Source: Macrostomum hystrix
Taxonomy: Eukaryota > Animalia > Platyhelminthes
Direction of reading: 5' to 3'
NCBI GenBank assembly: GCA_950097015.1
Contig: CATNEN010000038.1
Location: forward strand, 3,100,001 to 3,164,000
DNA length: 64,000 nt
Both the position numbers and the translations under genes were made by a program. The notes under the pieces are model-generated. The model searched no databases. It was not told the DNA's origin and was given only the letters and a program-made list of their open reading frames with translations. Of the stretch, positions 46,501 to 59,955 are shown one piece after another. Position 1 is the stretch's first letter, and every line of letters starts with the position of its first letter.

Positions 46501-49500
46501 TCTACTGTGGGAGTCAGCATTAGATCTACTGTGGGAGTCAGCATTAGATCTACTGTGGGAGTCAGCATTAGATCTACTGTGGGAGTCAGTAAGATCTACT
46601 GTGGGAGTCAGTAAGATCTACTGTGGGAGTCAGCATTAGATCTACTGTGGGAGTCAGCATTAGATCTACTGTGGGAGTCAGCATTAGATCTACTGTGGGA
46701 GTCAGTATTAGATCTACTGTGGGAGTCAGCATTAGATCTACTGTGGGAGTCAGCATTAGATCTACTGTGGGAGTCAGTATTAGATCTACTGTGGGAGTCA
46801 GCATTAGATCTACTGTGGGAGTCAGTATTAGATCTACTGTGGGAGTCAGCATTAGATCTACTGTGGGAGTCAGCATTAGATCTACTGTGGGAGTCAGTAA
46901 GATCTACTGTGGAAGTTAGTAAGATCTACTGTGGGAGTCAGTAAGATCTACTGTGGGAGTCAGTAAGATCTACTGTGGGAGTCAGCATTAGATCTACTGT
47001 GGGAGTCAGCATTAGATCTACTGTGGGAGTCAGTATTAGATCTACTGTGGGAGTCAGCATTAGATCTACTGTGGGAGTCAGCATTAGATCTACTGTGGGA
47101 GTCAGTATTAGATCTACTGTGGGAGTCAGCATTAGATCTACTGTGGGAGTCAGTATTAGATCTACTGTGGGAGTCAGCATTAGATCTACTGTGGGAGTCA
47201 GCATTAGATCTACTGTGGGAGTCAGTAAGATCTACTGTGGAAGTTAGTAAGATCTACTGTGGGAGTCAGTAAGATCTACTGTGGGAGTCAGTAAGATCTA
47301 CTGTGGGAGTCAGCATTAGATCTACTGTGGGAGTCAGCATTAGATCTACTGTGGGAGTCAGCATTAGATCTACCGTGGGAGTTAACGAAAATGTTACACT
47401 GATTTATTACGCACTTTTCATACAGCTATTTTGCTGTTTGCTATTTGAACACAAGCAGGGATCTTTCACTAGCTCTGACTCACTGTAATTAGAGCCTCGT
47501 GCATTTATTGCACAGCCAGGTAGAGCGATAAAGAATGTAACAGGGCAGGCCGAATCTCCGGATCCCATGACCCTTCTAATTGGGACTAACGATCTGCTTT
47601 GCGCCTGGCCTGCAATCGCTTTCCATCCCACTGAATGTACTCTTAGCTTATGCTCAGCTTTGATTTTAGCTCGCTTTTTGAACTTTCACGACTGTCTGAG
47701 TCATTCTCTATTACTGGCATAGCGATCATGAACTCACTCATAAACTAATTCATGAACTCACTCATGAACTCACTCATGAACTCACCCACTTAAACTCAGT
47801 CATGAACTCACTTATGAACTTACACTTAAACTCAATCATGAACTCACTCATGAAATGGATCATTTCATGAACTTAATCATGAACTCACTCATGAACTCAC
47901 TCATGAACTCACTCACTTAAACTCAGTCATGAACTCACTCATGAACTTACTCATGAACTCACTCACTTAAACTCAGTCATGAACTCACTCATGAACTTAC
48001 ACTTAAACTCAGTCATGAACTCACTCATGAACTTACACTTAAACTCACTCATGAACTCACTCATGAACTCACTCACTTAAACTCAGTCATGAACTCACTC
48101 ATGAACTCACTCATGAACTCACTCACTTAAACTCAGTCATGAACTCACTCATGAACTTACTCATGAACTCACTCACTTAAACTCAGTCATGAACTCACTC
48201 ATGAACTTACACTTAAACTCACTCATGAACTCACTCATGAACTTACACTTAAACTCACTCATGAACTCACTCATGAACTTACACTTAAACTCACTCATGA
48301 ACTCACTCATGAACTCACTCACTTAAACTCAGTCATGAACTCACTCATGAACTCACTCATGAACTCACTCACTTAAACTCAGTCATGAACTCACTCATGA
48401 ACTTACACTTAAACTCACTCATGAACTCACTCATGAACTTACACTTAAACTCACTCATGAACTCACTCATGAACTTACACTTAAACTCACTCATGAACTC
48501 ACTCATGAACTCACTCATGAACTCACTCACTTAAACTCAGTCATGAAATCGCTCATGAACTTACACTTAAACTCACTCATGAACTCACTCATGAACTTAC
48601 ACTTAAACTCACTCATGAACTCACTCATGAACTCACTCACTTAAACTCAGTCATGAACTCACTCATGAACTCACACACTTAAACTCACTCATGAACTCAC
48701 TCATGAACTCACTCACTTAAACTCAGTCATGAACTCACTCATGAACTTACACTTAAACTCACTCATGAACTCACTCACTTAAACTCAATCATGAACTCAC
48801 TTATGAACTCACTCACTTAAACTCAGTCATGAACTCACTCATGAACTTACACTTAAACTCACTCATGAACTCACTCACTTAAACTCAATCATGAACTCAC
48901 TTATGAACTCACTCACTTAAACTCAGTCATGAACTCACTCATGAACTTACACTTAAACTCACTCATGAACTCACTCACTTAAACTCACTCATGAACTCAC
49001 TCATGAACTCACACACTTAAACTCAGTCATGAACTCACTCATGAACTAATCAGGAACTCACTCATGAACTGACTTGTGAAATCACTCCTGAACAAATTAA
49101 GCTTTTGAACTCAAGAGCTCATGAACCCAGGAATTAATAAACTCCATAAATAGGATATCAAGGAAGTCAATGCTCAGTCACTCAAACTACAATTTTTATC
49201 AGCTATCGAGGGCGGTCCCCTGATTGGTCGCTACCAGTTCGCGCAGTTCCACATGCACTGGGGCTCCGGAGACACCTGGGGCAGTGAGCACGCGCTCAAC
49301 GGCCACCTGTTCCCGGCTGAGCTGCATCTGGTGCACTGGAACGCCGGCAAGTTCTCAAACTTCCAGGAGGCGGCGGCTATCAAGGACGGCCTGGCCGTGC
49401 TGGGTGTCTTTGTTGACGTGAGCGCAGTCTTGGTTCTTATAAATCGTAGCTAATATACTTTCTAAACTCAGGATTTCAATTGAAAAATGCGAAAAAAAAC

Positions 49501-50682
49501 TGAACTGCAGATCGGGGCCGAGCATCCGGCCATGGCTCGAATCCTGCGACACTTCGACAAGATCCGGGCACCGGGCACCGAGGCGTCTCTGGCGGAGCCC
49601 GTGAACCTGACAGACTTTCTGCCGGCCAACCTGACCGAGTTTTTCTCTTACGAAGGCTCGCTAACCACGCCGCCGTGTTTTGAATCCGTGCGCTGGACTG
49701 TGTTCCGCCAGCCAATCACAATGAGCGCCGAGCAGGTGGGAAACTTCAGGGGGTAGGAGTGCCTAGCCAAGCATAGCCTCAGAAACCTGGGGATAATTTC
49801 AGAAACATGGGATCAGAAACCTGGGATAATATCAGAAGCATGGGATAATCTCAGAAACATGGGATAATCTCAGAAGCATGGGATAATCTCAGAAACATGG
49901 GATAATCTCAGAAACATGGGATAATCTCAGAAACATGGGATAATCTCAGAAACCTGGGATAATCTCAGAAACCTGGGATAATCTCAGAAACATTGGATAA
50001 TCTCAGAAGCATGGGATAATCTCAGAAACATGGGATAATCTCAGAAACATGGGATAATCTCAGAAGCATGGGATAATCTCAGAAGCATGGGATAATCTCA
50101 GAAACATTGGATAATCTCAGAAACCTGGGATAATTTCAGAAGCATAGGATAATCTCAGAAACATTGGATAATCTCAGAAGCATGGGATAATCTCAGAAAC
50201 ATGGGATAATCTCAGAAGCATGGGATAATCTCAGAAACCTGGGATAATCTCAGAAACCTGGGATAATCTCAGAAACATTGGATAATCTCAGAAGCATGGG
50301 ATAATCTCAGAAACATGGGATAATCTCAGAAGCATGGGATAATCTCAGAAGCATGGGATAATCTCAGAAACATGGGATATTCTCGGAAAAGTGGCTAGAT
50401 GGATAATATAATTTCAGAAACAGCGTGAAATACAACCAGTAAAATTTGTAGCACGTCGCTCATCAAAAGATGGGTAGATCCAATTAAAATTTGTACCGCT
50501 ACAATTGTTTTTATATGCAGTTTGCGCAGCTGCGCAGCCTGACCTGCGGCCACGCCACCGGCCCAGCTGACCAAGGCCGGCAGTTAGTTGACAACTATCG
50601 CCACCTGATCCCGTTGGGTCATCGGCGCCTCGTGACTTCCTGCGCGCCGGAGACTCTCCAGAAATCTACAAGGGCCAGTTGA
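43595..50682 (+). CDS. Alpha-carbonic anhydrase (cytosolic type), 5 exons, 283 aa
   Basis: Exons 43595-43643, 45092-45292, 49203-49417, 49511-49735, 50521-50682 (852 nt). WGY..NG/PHTW, QSPVNI, NSGHSF, QFHMHWG..GSEH..ELHLVHWN (three Zn His), GLAVLG, YEGSLTTPPC.ESV.W, DNYR. Confidence 0.95.
43690..45075. repeat. 21-bp minisatellite, ~65 copies, CA intron 1
   Basis: Unit ATCTCTGGCTATGA(C/T)(A/G)TGAAT. Confidence 0.95.
45347..47382. repeat. 24/22-bp minisatellite, ~85 copies, CA intron 2 (5' array)
   Basis: Unit AGATCTACTGTGGGAGTCAG(CATT/TA). Confidence 0.96.
47726..49080. repeat. 12-bp-based compound minisatellite, CA intron 2 (3' array)
   Basis: CATGAACTCACT with CACTTAAACTCAGT variants. Confidence 0.95.
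49780..50385. repeat. 19-bp minisatellite, ~31 copies, CA intron 4
   Basis: Unit ATGGGATAATCTCAGAA(A/G)C. Confidence 0.95.
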
Positions 50683-51784
50683 GCCAGACTTTATAAAAAT
50701 CAAACGACTGGCTGACTCTTTATGTTTTTGTATTCGTGATAAATTTTTAGATATCTTAAATGCTTCTTCGATTGCCAATCGTATTATCGATTTATTTTCA
50801 ATTTTTATCATTCATATTATTATGATCAATTACTGCTATCCTAAAATACATTTAATTTCAATAAATTAACTGAACGAGCTAATTTGCATCTAGAACTTTT
50901 TCATTATAAAAGACGATAGTAAACTGTGCGTCAGTCATACTCTCGTAACATGCGGATGCTATCGTCAAATTGTTTGTGAAAAAATATGAATTATTGTTTG
51001 CTTGATCTCCAGCCAACAGTTAAAAGTAATATAAATACACCTCGATGTTAAGTGACATGATAACTATATTTACTGTTGCGCGTCAAAAGTGGTAAAAAAC
51101 CCACTTAGTGTCCTGTTGTTCCCGTTGTTTCTCAGTACATCCTGCTTAGCTGCGGGTATGCAGCATTTGGTAAAGCAGAATTTATAGTTGCGGTCGAACC
51201 CAAGGACCACTGCATGAGTAGAATACTCCGTGGATGCTTTGGGTGGGTGCTTGCATGGAGCGGCTTGAAAGTCCAAGGACGAAATAGTTATAGCTAGCCT
51301 TCGAAGCGTCGGGTGTTTTGTACACAACATGTTATTTTCACATGCGTAAAGTGCCTTATGTTCAGTTGTAAGTCACAACAGTGTAGTTCGCGTGTCTCTC
51401 GACAGCCAAGATTTATATCAGGCAAGCCGTTGCTACTAGTTTACTTAAACAAAAGCTTTTCTGTATAAGCAATGCACTCAAGTTCATATTAAAATTAAAA
51501 TTGTACTAAAATATTGCTAAAAACATGCTTATTTACGATTTTACGTATCTAGTTTTTAAATAATTAATAACCAAAATAGTTTTAAAAGTTGATTTCTTTG
51601 AATTTTTAGCTTGCCGTAACGTCACGTGGGACAGTTATGTATATTAATAACAACTGTGAATAACCTGCGTTTAATAATCTCGATTTCAATCGAAATACAC
51701 GCTCAATAAATTCACCCACTGTGTGTTTTTTAACTACGAGAACTGATATCGTAGAACTAAGATTAAAAACTCTTTAGAACAATT

Positions 51785-54700
51785 ATGGATGAAAAGTTTG
51801 CTCTGGGATGGGACTTCTCGACACAGCAGGTTAGTATTTCTGATTTACTTTCAGATGAATATGTATAGTATTGCCCATTGGTTACATAGACATTGTGATT
51901 AAGCAATAATTTTAGACCAGTGTCCAGAGCATTAAATTTAAGCCTAGTAACATAAGTAAGATAAGGACAACAGACTGTACAGACAGGGTGAGACAGGTGT
52001 TGGTAGGGCCTGTGCCTAACCCTAATCCTTTACTGATATAATTTTAATGGTCTACTAGCACTTGTAGCTAGCTATTTAAATTTATGTAAATACAAATTAG
52101 GCTATGATTGTAAGACTGTTTTAAAAAAGACTTGTAAATCCATAACATGTTTTACTTGATTATGAATTGGTGTGTGGTCGTTAAAATTATGGGGTCATTT
52201 TATTGTTCTGCTGTAATTTTGGCTATGGCTATGGCAAATTATGGCTATGACACTTTTCAAGCCATATTTTTATTACGGATTACGGTTACGGACATATTTT
52301 GAGCTTAAGGTTTATGGTTACGGATTACGGAGATTTTTCTAGACTTGCTGTAATTGGTAGCCGTAGCAAAAATTATTTCTTTTTTAACTGCTTTATGTTA
52401 TAAAAGAAAAATTTTATATCAACTTCAACCAGTTTTAATTTTGTTTTACTAGTTATTATTTTTTTTTACATTTGTTAAGTTTCTAAATATCTACAAAACT
52501 TTTTGAAAACAAAAAATGACTTTTTTCACAAATTTTCTCATTAGGCATACAGCATAGCATAGCATAGCGATAGCATGATAGCAGCGAGACAGAGAGAGCC
52601 AGTCAAAGCCTGCAAGAGACTAAGAATCTGGCATTCTTATTTCTTAGCCATATGAAGCATTTAGCTCCTTAGCATAAAAATAGGATATTAGATTTAGATT
52701 ATTAGGATAAGGATTAAAGAATAAGGAAATACTAAATATTAAATAAATACGAATACTAATAGGATATAAATATGAATATAATTGATTGTAGTTTAGTTTG
52801 TTTGCTTTGTTGTAGTTTAAGTTTAAGTTATGGTTAGTTATTGTTTGTTTAGTTAGACACAAAATATTTTATTTTTATTTATTTTTTATTTTAAAGACAG
52901 GACAATACAGAACAGCACAGCAGGCTAGTACTAGTTATCCTTTTATCCCTTTTATCTGTCCTTTTCTGTCTGCCCCACTTTTCATGCAAAAATATCAATT
53001 TTTGTTATACATTACGGCTATGGTTACGGCAAATTACGGTTACAGACTTTTTTAGCCCGTAATGACAGAAAAAAATTAGGCTATGGAAGTTGCTTCTTTC
53101 TTACGGCTACGGTTACAGTTACGGTAGTCAAAACTGGTGGCAGTGGAACACTAGGTCATTTCCTCTGCTCTGCCCTCTGTGCATTATTACACTAGCCTAG
53201 GCCCCTAGTGTGATCATAATATTCAATGTGGTAAATATAGAAAAGTAACTTGTGCATTTTTGTAAAATTTAGGTTTTAAAATTTATGATTACATATTCAA
53301 GTCAATGTGGATATTTTTATCAATTGACATTTGATTTTACTGTTTATAGTGAAAAGTGTTTTCATCTTCTGGCAGACACACTAACAAAAGATGAAATGAT
53401 AGCGCAACTCTCACAATCTCACAATTTTTTGTATTCTTTTTTTGCTTCTACAGTTTATATGATAAATTAGCTAGGCAAGGGCAAAGAAAGACAGTTGCAA
53501 TAAAATTGTGAGCTTTAACAAAATATAGGCATTTGTTTGGTTATAGGTTTTAATACTTAAAACATAATGCTATAGAGAAATTTAAACAATGAGACCATGT
53601 TTGTTTATAAGTTGTCTATAAACAGGTGAACCTGTTGCCTGCAATATCTACCATATATATATCATCCATATTTCAACTATTTGAAGTATCAATGTCAGAA
53701 AATCATACAGTAATTTCATGTGTCAAGTTTAAAATGTTTGAGCTGTACCATAACCCTCCTAGCTTAATACTATGAAAAATATATTATTTTTTCCTTTTAG
53801 TTAAAATGTTGATAGAATATACATAATTACATAAAAATGACATAAAAAATAAATTGATTAATTTTTAATTTTAGGTTAAGGCAATAGGCATTGGTTTAAC
53901 TTCTGGGAAGATTCTATTTGAAGAATATATCAAATTTGATGAGGTACTTCCGCAATACAAGTAAGTTGGTAAATATCTAATCATTTGTTGGTTAATGTCA
54001 ATGTTTGCATGCAGTTTCATGTTAGTGTGTATTACAATCCTCACAGAACCAAAGGCGGGGTGCATATTCATTCCGACGGTGTGACCATCACTTCGCCGAC
54101 CCTGATGTGGGTTGAAGCTCTGGACAGAATGCTGGCCCAACTGAAACAGTCGGTTGATTTTAGCCGAGCTGCCGTCATCTGTGGCAGCGGCCAGCAGCAC
54201 GGTAGCGTCTACTGGCGTCTGGGAGCTCGCGACATCCTTCGCCAATTACAGCCGGATCTGCCCATGACTGACCAGCTGGCAGGATGCTTCAGCCTGAGCA
54301 ATTCGCCAGTGTGGATGGATTCCAGCACCGGGGAGCAGTGCGCCGCCCTTGAAGCCTTCGCTGGCGGTCCTGAGGTTGGAATTGGGCTTGGCATTTGAGA
54401 AAGCTATTTCTGAATTCTGCTCTTGGCATCTGACATGCAGTCTTTGTCTTGGGATTCGAGATTATGGATTTGGAAATCCATGTTAGGGATTTAAGATTGG
54501 GCTTGAGGCTATGAAGGTCTCAAATTATTAGGAGTAGGATTAGAGTCTTCAGTAGGATTAGAGTTTTGAGTAGGATTAGAGTTTTGAGTAGGATTAGAGT
54601 CTTGAGTAGGATTAGAGTCTTGAGTAGGATTAGAGTCTTGAGTAGGATTAGAGTCTTGGGTAGGATTTGAAAAAAAGTAGACATTTATATTATTTCAGAT

Positions 54701-57700
54701 TGAAAATCCCCGATCCCCAGGCCCTGGTGGCTCTGACTGGAGCTCGCGCCTTCCATCGCTACACGGCTGCCCAGCTGATCAAGCAGCGCCAGTTAGGCAC
54801 CCTGGCCGGCACCGAGCGGGTCTCACTCGTCAGCAGCTTCGCGGCCTCGCTATTTCTGGGCGACTACGCAAGCATCGACGAAGCTGACGGCTCCGGCATG
54901 AACCTGATGTCCCTCGCTGAGCGGCGCTGGGTTCCTACTCTGTGCGAATTTGTAGCTCCTGGCCTGGAGGTAAGACTGCCCTGCCTTCTCTCTGCCTGCA
55001 TTCTGCCTGCCTGTCTGTCTGAATGTCTGTCTGTCTGAATGTCTGTCTGAATGTCTGTCTGTCTGTCTGAATGTCTGTCTGAATGAATGTCTGTCTGTCT
55101 GAATGAATGTCTGTCTGAATGAATGTCTGTCTGTCTGAATGTTTGTCTGTCTGAATGTCTGTCTGAATGAATGTCTGTCTGTCTGAATGTCTGTCTGAAT
55201 GTCTGTCTGTCTGTCTGAATGTCTGTCTGAATGTCTGTCTGTCTGTCTGTCTGAATGTCTGTCTGAATGAATGTCTGTCTGTCTGAATGAATGTCTGTCT
55301 GTCTGAATGTTTGTCTGTCTGAATGTCTGTCTGTCTGAATGTCTGTCTGTCTGAATGTCTGTCTGAATGTCTGTCTGTCTGAATGAATGTCTGTCTGTCT
55401 GAATGTCTGTCTGAATGTCTGTCTGTCTGTCTGAATGTCTGTCTGAATGAATGTCTGTCTGTCTGAATGAATGTCTGTCTGTCTGAATGTCTGTCTGTCT
55501 GTCTGAATGTCTGTCTGAATGAATGTCTGTCTGTCTGAATGTTTGTCTGTCTGAATGTCTGTCTGAATGAATGTCTGTCTGTCTGAATGTCTGTCTGAAT
55601 GTCTGTCTGTCTGTCTGAATGTCTGTCTGAATGTCTGTCTGTCTGTCTGAATGTCTGTCTGAATGAATGTCTGTCTGAATGAATGTCTGTCTGTCTGAAT
55701 GTTTGTCTGTCTGAATGTCTGTCTGTCTGTCTGTCTGTCTGAATGTCTGTCTGAATGTCTGTCTGTCTGTCTGTCTGTCTGAATGTCTGTCTGAATGTCT
55801 GCCGTGTCTGTCTGTCCGCCCATGTCAACCTGTCCCATATTCCGATATTCACCCCCAGGGGCTGCTCGGCCCATTGGTGCCCGGCCGCACCCTGCTAGGC
55901 CGGGTGTCGCCCTACCTGTCCGCTAGATGGGGCTTCTCGCCCGACTGTCGCGTGGCGGCATTCACGGGCGACAATCCGGCCACACTGGCCGGCCTGCGTC
56001 TTCGGCCCGGCAGCCTGGCCGTCACCCTGGGCAGCTCCAGCTGCGCCCTGCTGCGAGCCGCCGGCCGCCACCTGCCCGACGGAACCGCCCTGCCCAGCCT
56101 GGGCTGCGTGGTGATGGCCTGCGCTGTGGACACAGAATCCTGCATGCCTATCGTTGTGTAATTAGCGCAGATTCTTAAGACTTCTTTAATTGAGAATTCC
56201 AGCGTAGTTGTTTGAATTTGTGCATCTAATTTTTGTGTTTGAGACCCGTAGACCGTATTTACATCAGCTAAATAATCATGTTTATTCTTGAAGTACTCAA
56301 GTAATCGAGTCCCGTACCAGAAGAATCATGTGCCGTACAAGAATAAGGTGCTGTACCAGAAGAATCAGGTGCCGTACAAGAATAAGGTGCCGTACCAGAA
56401 GAATCAGGTGCCGTACAAGAATAAGGTGCCGTACCAGAAGAATCAGGTCCCGTACCCGCAGAGTCCCGTACTCAAGGTATCGCATGTCAAGCCATAACTA
56501 CTCTACCATTCACTGTCAGTTTAAAAAACGGCGCGCTGACTCGCGAAGCTGTTCGCGATCTATACGCGAAGGGCTCCTGGACAGAATTCGATCGGCTGTT
56601 AGACGCCCGACCCCCAGGCAACGCCGGTCTGGTCGGCCTGTACTTTGACGCGCCGGAAATTGTGCCGGAAGGCGCCCTGGGTCGCTATCGATTTGATGCC
56701 AACGGCGAGCCGCTGGCGGACGGCGTCGACTTTCCCGAAGGTCCGGCTGCTGAGGTGCGCGCCTGCCTGGAGAGCCACGCGATGGCTCTGAGACTGTTCG
56801 CCGAGAGCCTCGGCTTCCGGCCTGGCCAGCCCGGCGGAGAAGTGCTGGCCACTGGGGGCGCCTCCGCTAATCCCAGAGTGGCTCAGGTAAAGTTTCATTG
56901 TGCATTTGGAATTGCGATTTTGATTGGGTGGGAATTCCTATTTGGTTAGGACTCTGTTGTATTTGATGGCGAATTTTAATGTCTTCGGTTAGAATTGCTT
57001 TTGTCGTGCTATGTAGAACATTCTTATTTGATTCTGCGTGCATAATTGCTGATCTTGCACGCTCAAGCGTGCTGAATTGATTTTTTGTCTATGGCCAAGT
57101 CTCCTTTAGGTCTAAAGCATCATAGGTACAGGATCGAAATTTATTTTTAGACTACAAGCTAAACAACGAGTAGAAATCTACTAAATATCATTGCAGTTTT
57201 TTGCTTGCCATCAGACGCTACTTAGTACAAATTCAATGACGTTGGTGTCGCCAGTGGCTCGAATCTTCGAATTCTTCCGATTTTTCGGAATAGCTCGCAC
57301 ACAGCGCATCGTGCCCGACGTCGGATCATTGATAGCATCAACTGGGTCACTTGGCTTAGTGGTAGAATCAATTAATAATGAGATTCATGAACTCGTGCGT
57401 CTATGGCAAAAATCTTTAAATTCTATGGCCAAGCGTTTGACTTCAGGCGAGAAAGTAAGCCAAAGACTGCTCAATTCGTCATGCTATATGGAACAATGAG
57501 CCAGGGGAGAATGCATGATTAGAGTTTTTCTTGCGGAAAGAATAAAAGCATAAACTGAACATTTTACAGAGCTCCATTCAAATGAAGCATTTTTAAGTCA
57601 GAAATTGAAAGCTTCAAAATTTCAAAAGGTCAACTCTTGAAACCAGATTTCGCTGCAAACACAATCCAAACAATCGATTGCTGCGCAGATCCCAGCCAGC

Positions 57701-58554
57701 GTACCTGTCTGCAGTGATTGCTTGAGCAACAGCTTGAGTAGCATACCAACTACTTTCGTTTGAGTAGCATCCTACAGGTGGAGCTTGCTCAACCTCAACC
57801 ATGCCGGCTTCCGCCAAACGGTTCTTGAGATTTGACTTCAACGCAGAGTTAGCAAACTTGGTCGGGTTTAGAAACGGTGAATACGAGGGTAGGATTCGTG
57901 TCGTAATTCTGTCTATGGGGATCTCGGCATTACACTAAAAATTTAGGCCGAAAAGGTGCGAAAAGGTGACGTTACTTTGCCAATCCCCGGGCTTATCGAG
58001 TCGGCTGGCTGGTTGCACCAACCCCACTTCAACTAGACAGACGCGGAGGCTTTGTAGGTGCAACTGTACTGATGAAAATCTGCCTTTAGTAAATTTTCCA
58101 AGAAACGAAGTGTCCCCGTCCTTCTTCTATTTGTCCTTGATCCATACTTCCACATGGTACGACAAAAGCAATAGATAATATATACTGATATGCTTGTCAT
58201 CTTGAATTGACTTAGATAAAAATTCGCAGGGCAGGATTCGGTATTCGAAATCCCAAGTGACAATTTTTTTATCTCCAGGTACTCGCTGATGCGTTCGCCA
58301 CTCCGGTCATTGTCCGTCGAGGCCTTGGCAACTCAGCTGCCCTGGGCGCGGCCCTGCTCGGCGCAAGCGCGGTTGCTAACGACGCAGGAGTCAAGTCCGA
58401 TTTCCTTGCCTCACTGCCGCCAGCTGCTGGCGACTGCGCCGACGAGCGATTCCAGCCGAGACCGGAAGCTGCGGCTGCGTACGACCTGTTGCGACGGCGG
58501 CTTCCTGACCTGCTGGCGAAGGCTGCCGAACTGCAAGCGGCTAGGCGGGGATAA
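51785..58554 (+). CDS. XYLB: Xylulose kinase (FGGY family), 7 exons
   Basis: Exons 51785-51829, 53875-53960, 54047-54374, 54721-54969, 55859-56157, 56520-56886, 58279-58554, in frame. LGWDFSTQQ/VK, MWVEALD, GSGQQHGSVYW, PVWMDSST, ERVSLVSSFAASLFLG, DGSGMNL, FTGDNP, KNGALTRE, ATGGAS.N, NSAALGAA. Confidence 0.95.
52190..53155. mobile_element. Possible non-autonomous DNA-transposon remnant in XYLB intron 1
   Basis: Two clusters of TTACGG/CTATGG motifs (52220-52330, 53010-53125) flank an AT-rich core; termini not resolved. Confidence 0.3.
54533..54666. repeat. 18-bp minisatellite, ~7 copies, XYLB intron 3
   Basis: Unit AGTAGGATTAGAGT(C/T)TTG. Confidence 0.9.
55005..55815. repeat. Compound (TCTG)n/(AATG) microsatellite, XYLB intron 4
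   Basis: TCTG runs interspersed with AATG. Confidence 0.95.
56308..56470. repeat. 21/18-bp alternating repeat, XYLB intron 5
   Basis: GTGCCGTACCAGAAGAATCAG / GTGCCGTACAAGAATAAG. Confidence 0.88.
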
Positions 58555-59229
58555 GAGGTGGTTTGTGTACTTTAGCAATCATGTGTCTGGGATCTTATAA
58601 ATGATCGAGATACTTCTTTTTGTGTGATTTACACCGGCGCTTAAACTTTTTAATGCTGTCTATTGGGTACATTTTTCTAAATTTCCGCCATAAGTGATGA
58701 GAATGAAGAGATCTATTTGATTAAGTCTTTAATTGTGCTCATTACACGCTTTTAACTTTTATTTTGAAAAATGTGTTTCTTGCTATTTTACTTGTGTTCT
58801 TATTAAGTAAATGAGGCTATGAATTTGATAAAATTCCAACAATTTAATTCCATTAATTTTTTGGCCTATCTATTGTAGCGTGCAGTGATACAATTAAATT
58901 TTTTATATTTTTAGTGCGTCTCACATTTGCAATCAAAATTTGCTATCATAAATTATTATAGTGGTTAATTTGCTTCATTAAAAATGGATTAAAAAGTTTC
59001 TAATTGTTTGCTGTGACGAATAAACAATTCAATTAGCGCCCGTTTTAAAGTAATTAGCTATCTTGTTATTATCTTATCGTTTTTTACCACCATTTTTTAT
59101 TTTAGTTTTTATTTGGTTTCTACTAGCATCTTTATTCGGGTAATTAAATTGGTTTACTGTTAGGTTTAACTAACGTTAAATAATAATATTAATAATTGCA
59201 GGAGGGCTGCAGGCGATGGCACATTATTT

Positions 59230-59545
59230 GGTGACACTAGACCCGCAGCCAGCGAGGAGGCAATTCTGCCCATTTCGCTGACTCCTGAGCACACACGCAC
59301 ACAGATACCATACTCTGGCACATGCTCACACAGGTGTGTACATCTGGCCTGACTTTCTCATCGTCAGGCAGTGTACACTCTCACTGTGCCTTGGAGATTG
59401 GCCCTCAAGGGCGTAAATTGCACGACAAGCCCCCAAGCCTTCTTTCAGAGGCTGTGCCCCAAATTAATGTGGCCTCGCCGCGGAATCGAGCTCAGGGACC
59501 TTGGTGCGAGAGGCAAACGCGAAAACCGCTCTGCCACTCACCCCC
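59230..59545 (-). mobile_element. tRNA-derived SINE family 2, second copy
   Basis: Colinear with 31325-31642. Confidence 0.85.
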
Positions 59546-59551
59546 TTCGCC

Positions 59552-59885
59552 TAGGTTTACTCTCAGGTCCACTTGGGTTTACTCTCAGTTCCACTTGGGT
59601 TTACTCACAGGTCCACTTGGGTTTACTCTCAGGTCCACTTGGGTTTACTCTCAGGTCCACTTGGGTTTACAATCAGTTTAATCTGGGTTTACTATTAGGT
59701 TCGACTGGGTTTAGTGTCTGGTACACCTGGGTTTAGTGTCTGGTACACCTGGGTTTAGTGTTGGTACGCCTGGTTTTAGGGTATGGTACACCTGGGTTTA
59801 GTGTCTGGTACACCTGAGTTTATTGTCAGGTACACCAGGGTTTAGTGTTGGTACGCCTATGTTTACTATTAGTTTCACCTGGGTT
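59552..59885. repeat. 22-bp minisatellite (two sub-variants) upstream of METTL16
   Basis: CCACTTGGGTTTACTCTCAGGT grading into ACACCTGGGTTTAGTGTCTGGT. Confidence 0.88.
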
Positions 59886-59955
59886 TTTAGCTGACTGGCT
59901 TTAGCATTTACGCTGTTAACCAGTGCACAGCTGGCCTTGCAGCAGCCGCTGTGTC

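Noticed and set aside
56890-58270. Short ORFs in XYLB intron 6
   Set aside because: No recognisable domain or termini; possibly a decayed transposon, but I cannot support a call.
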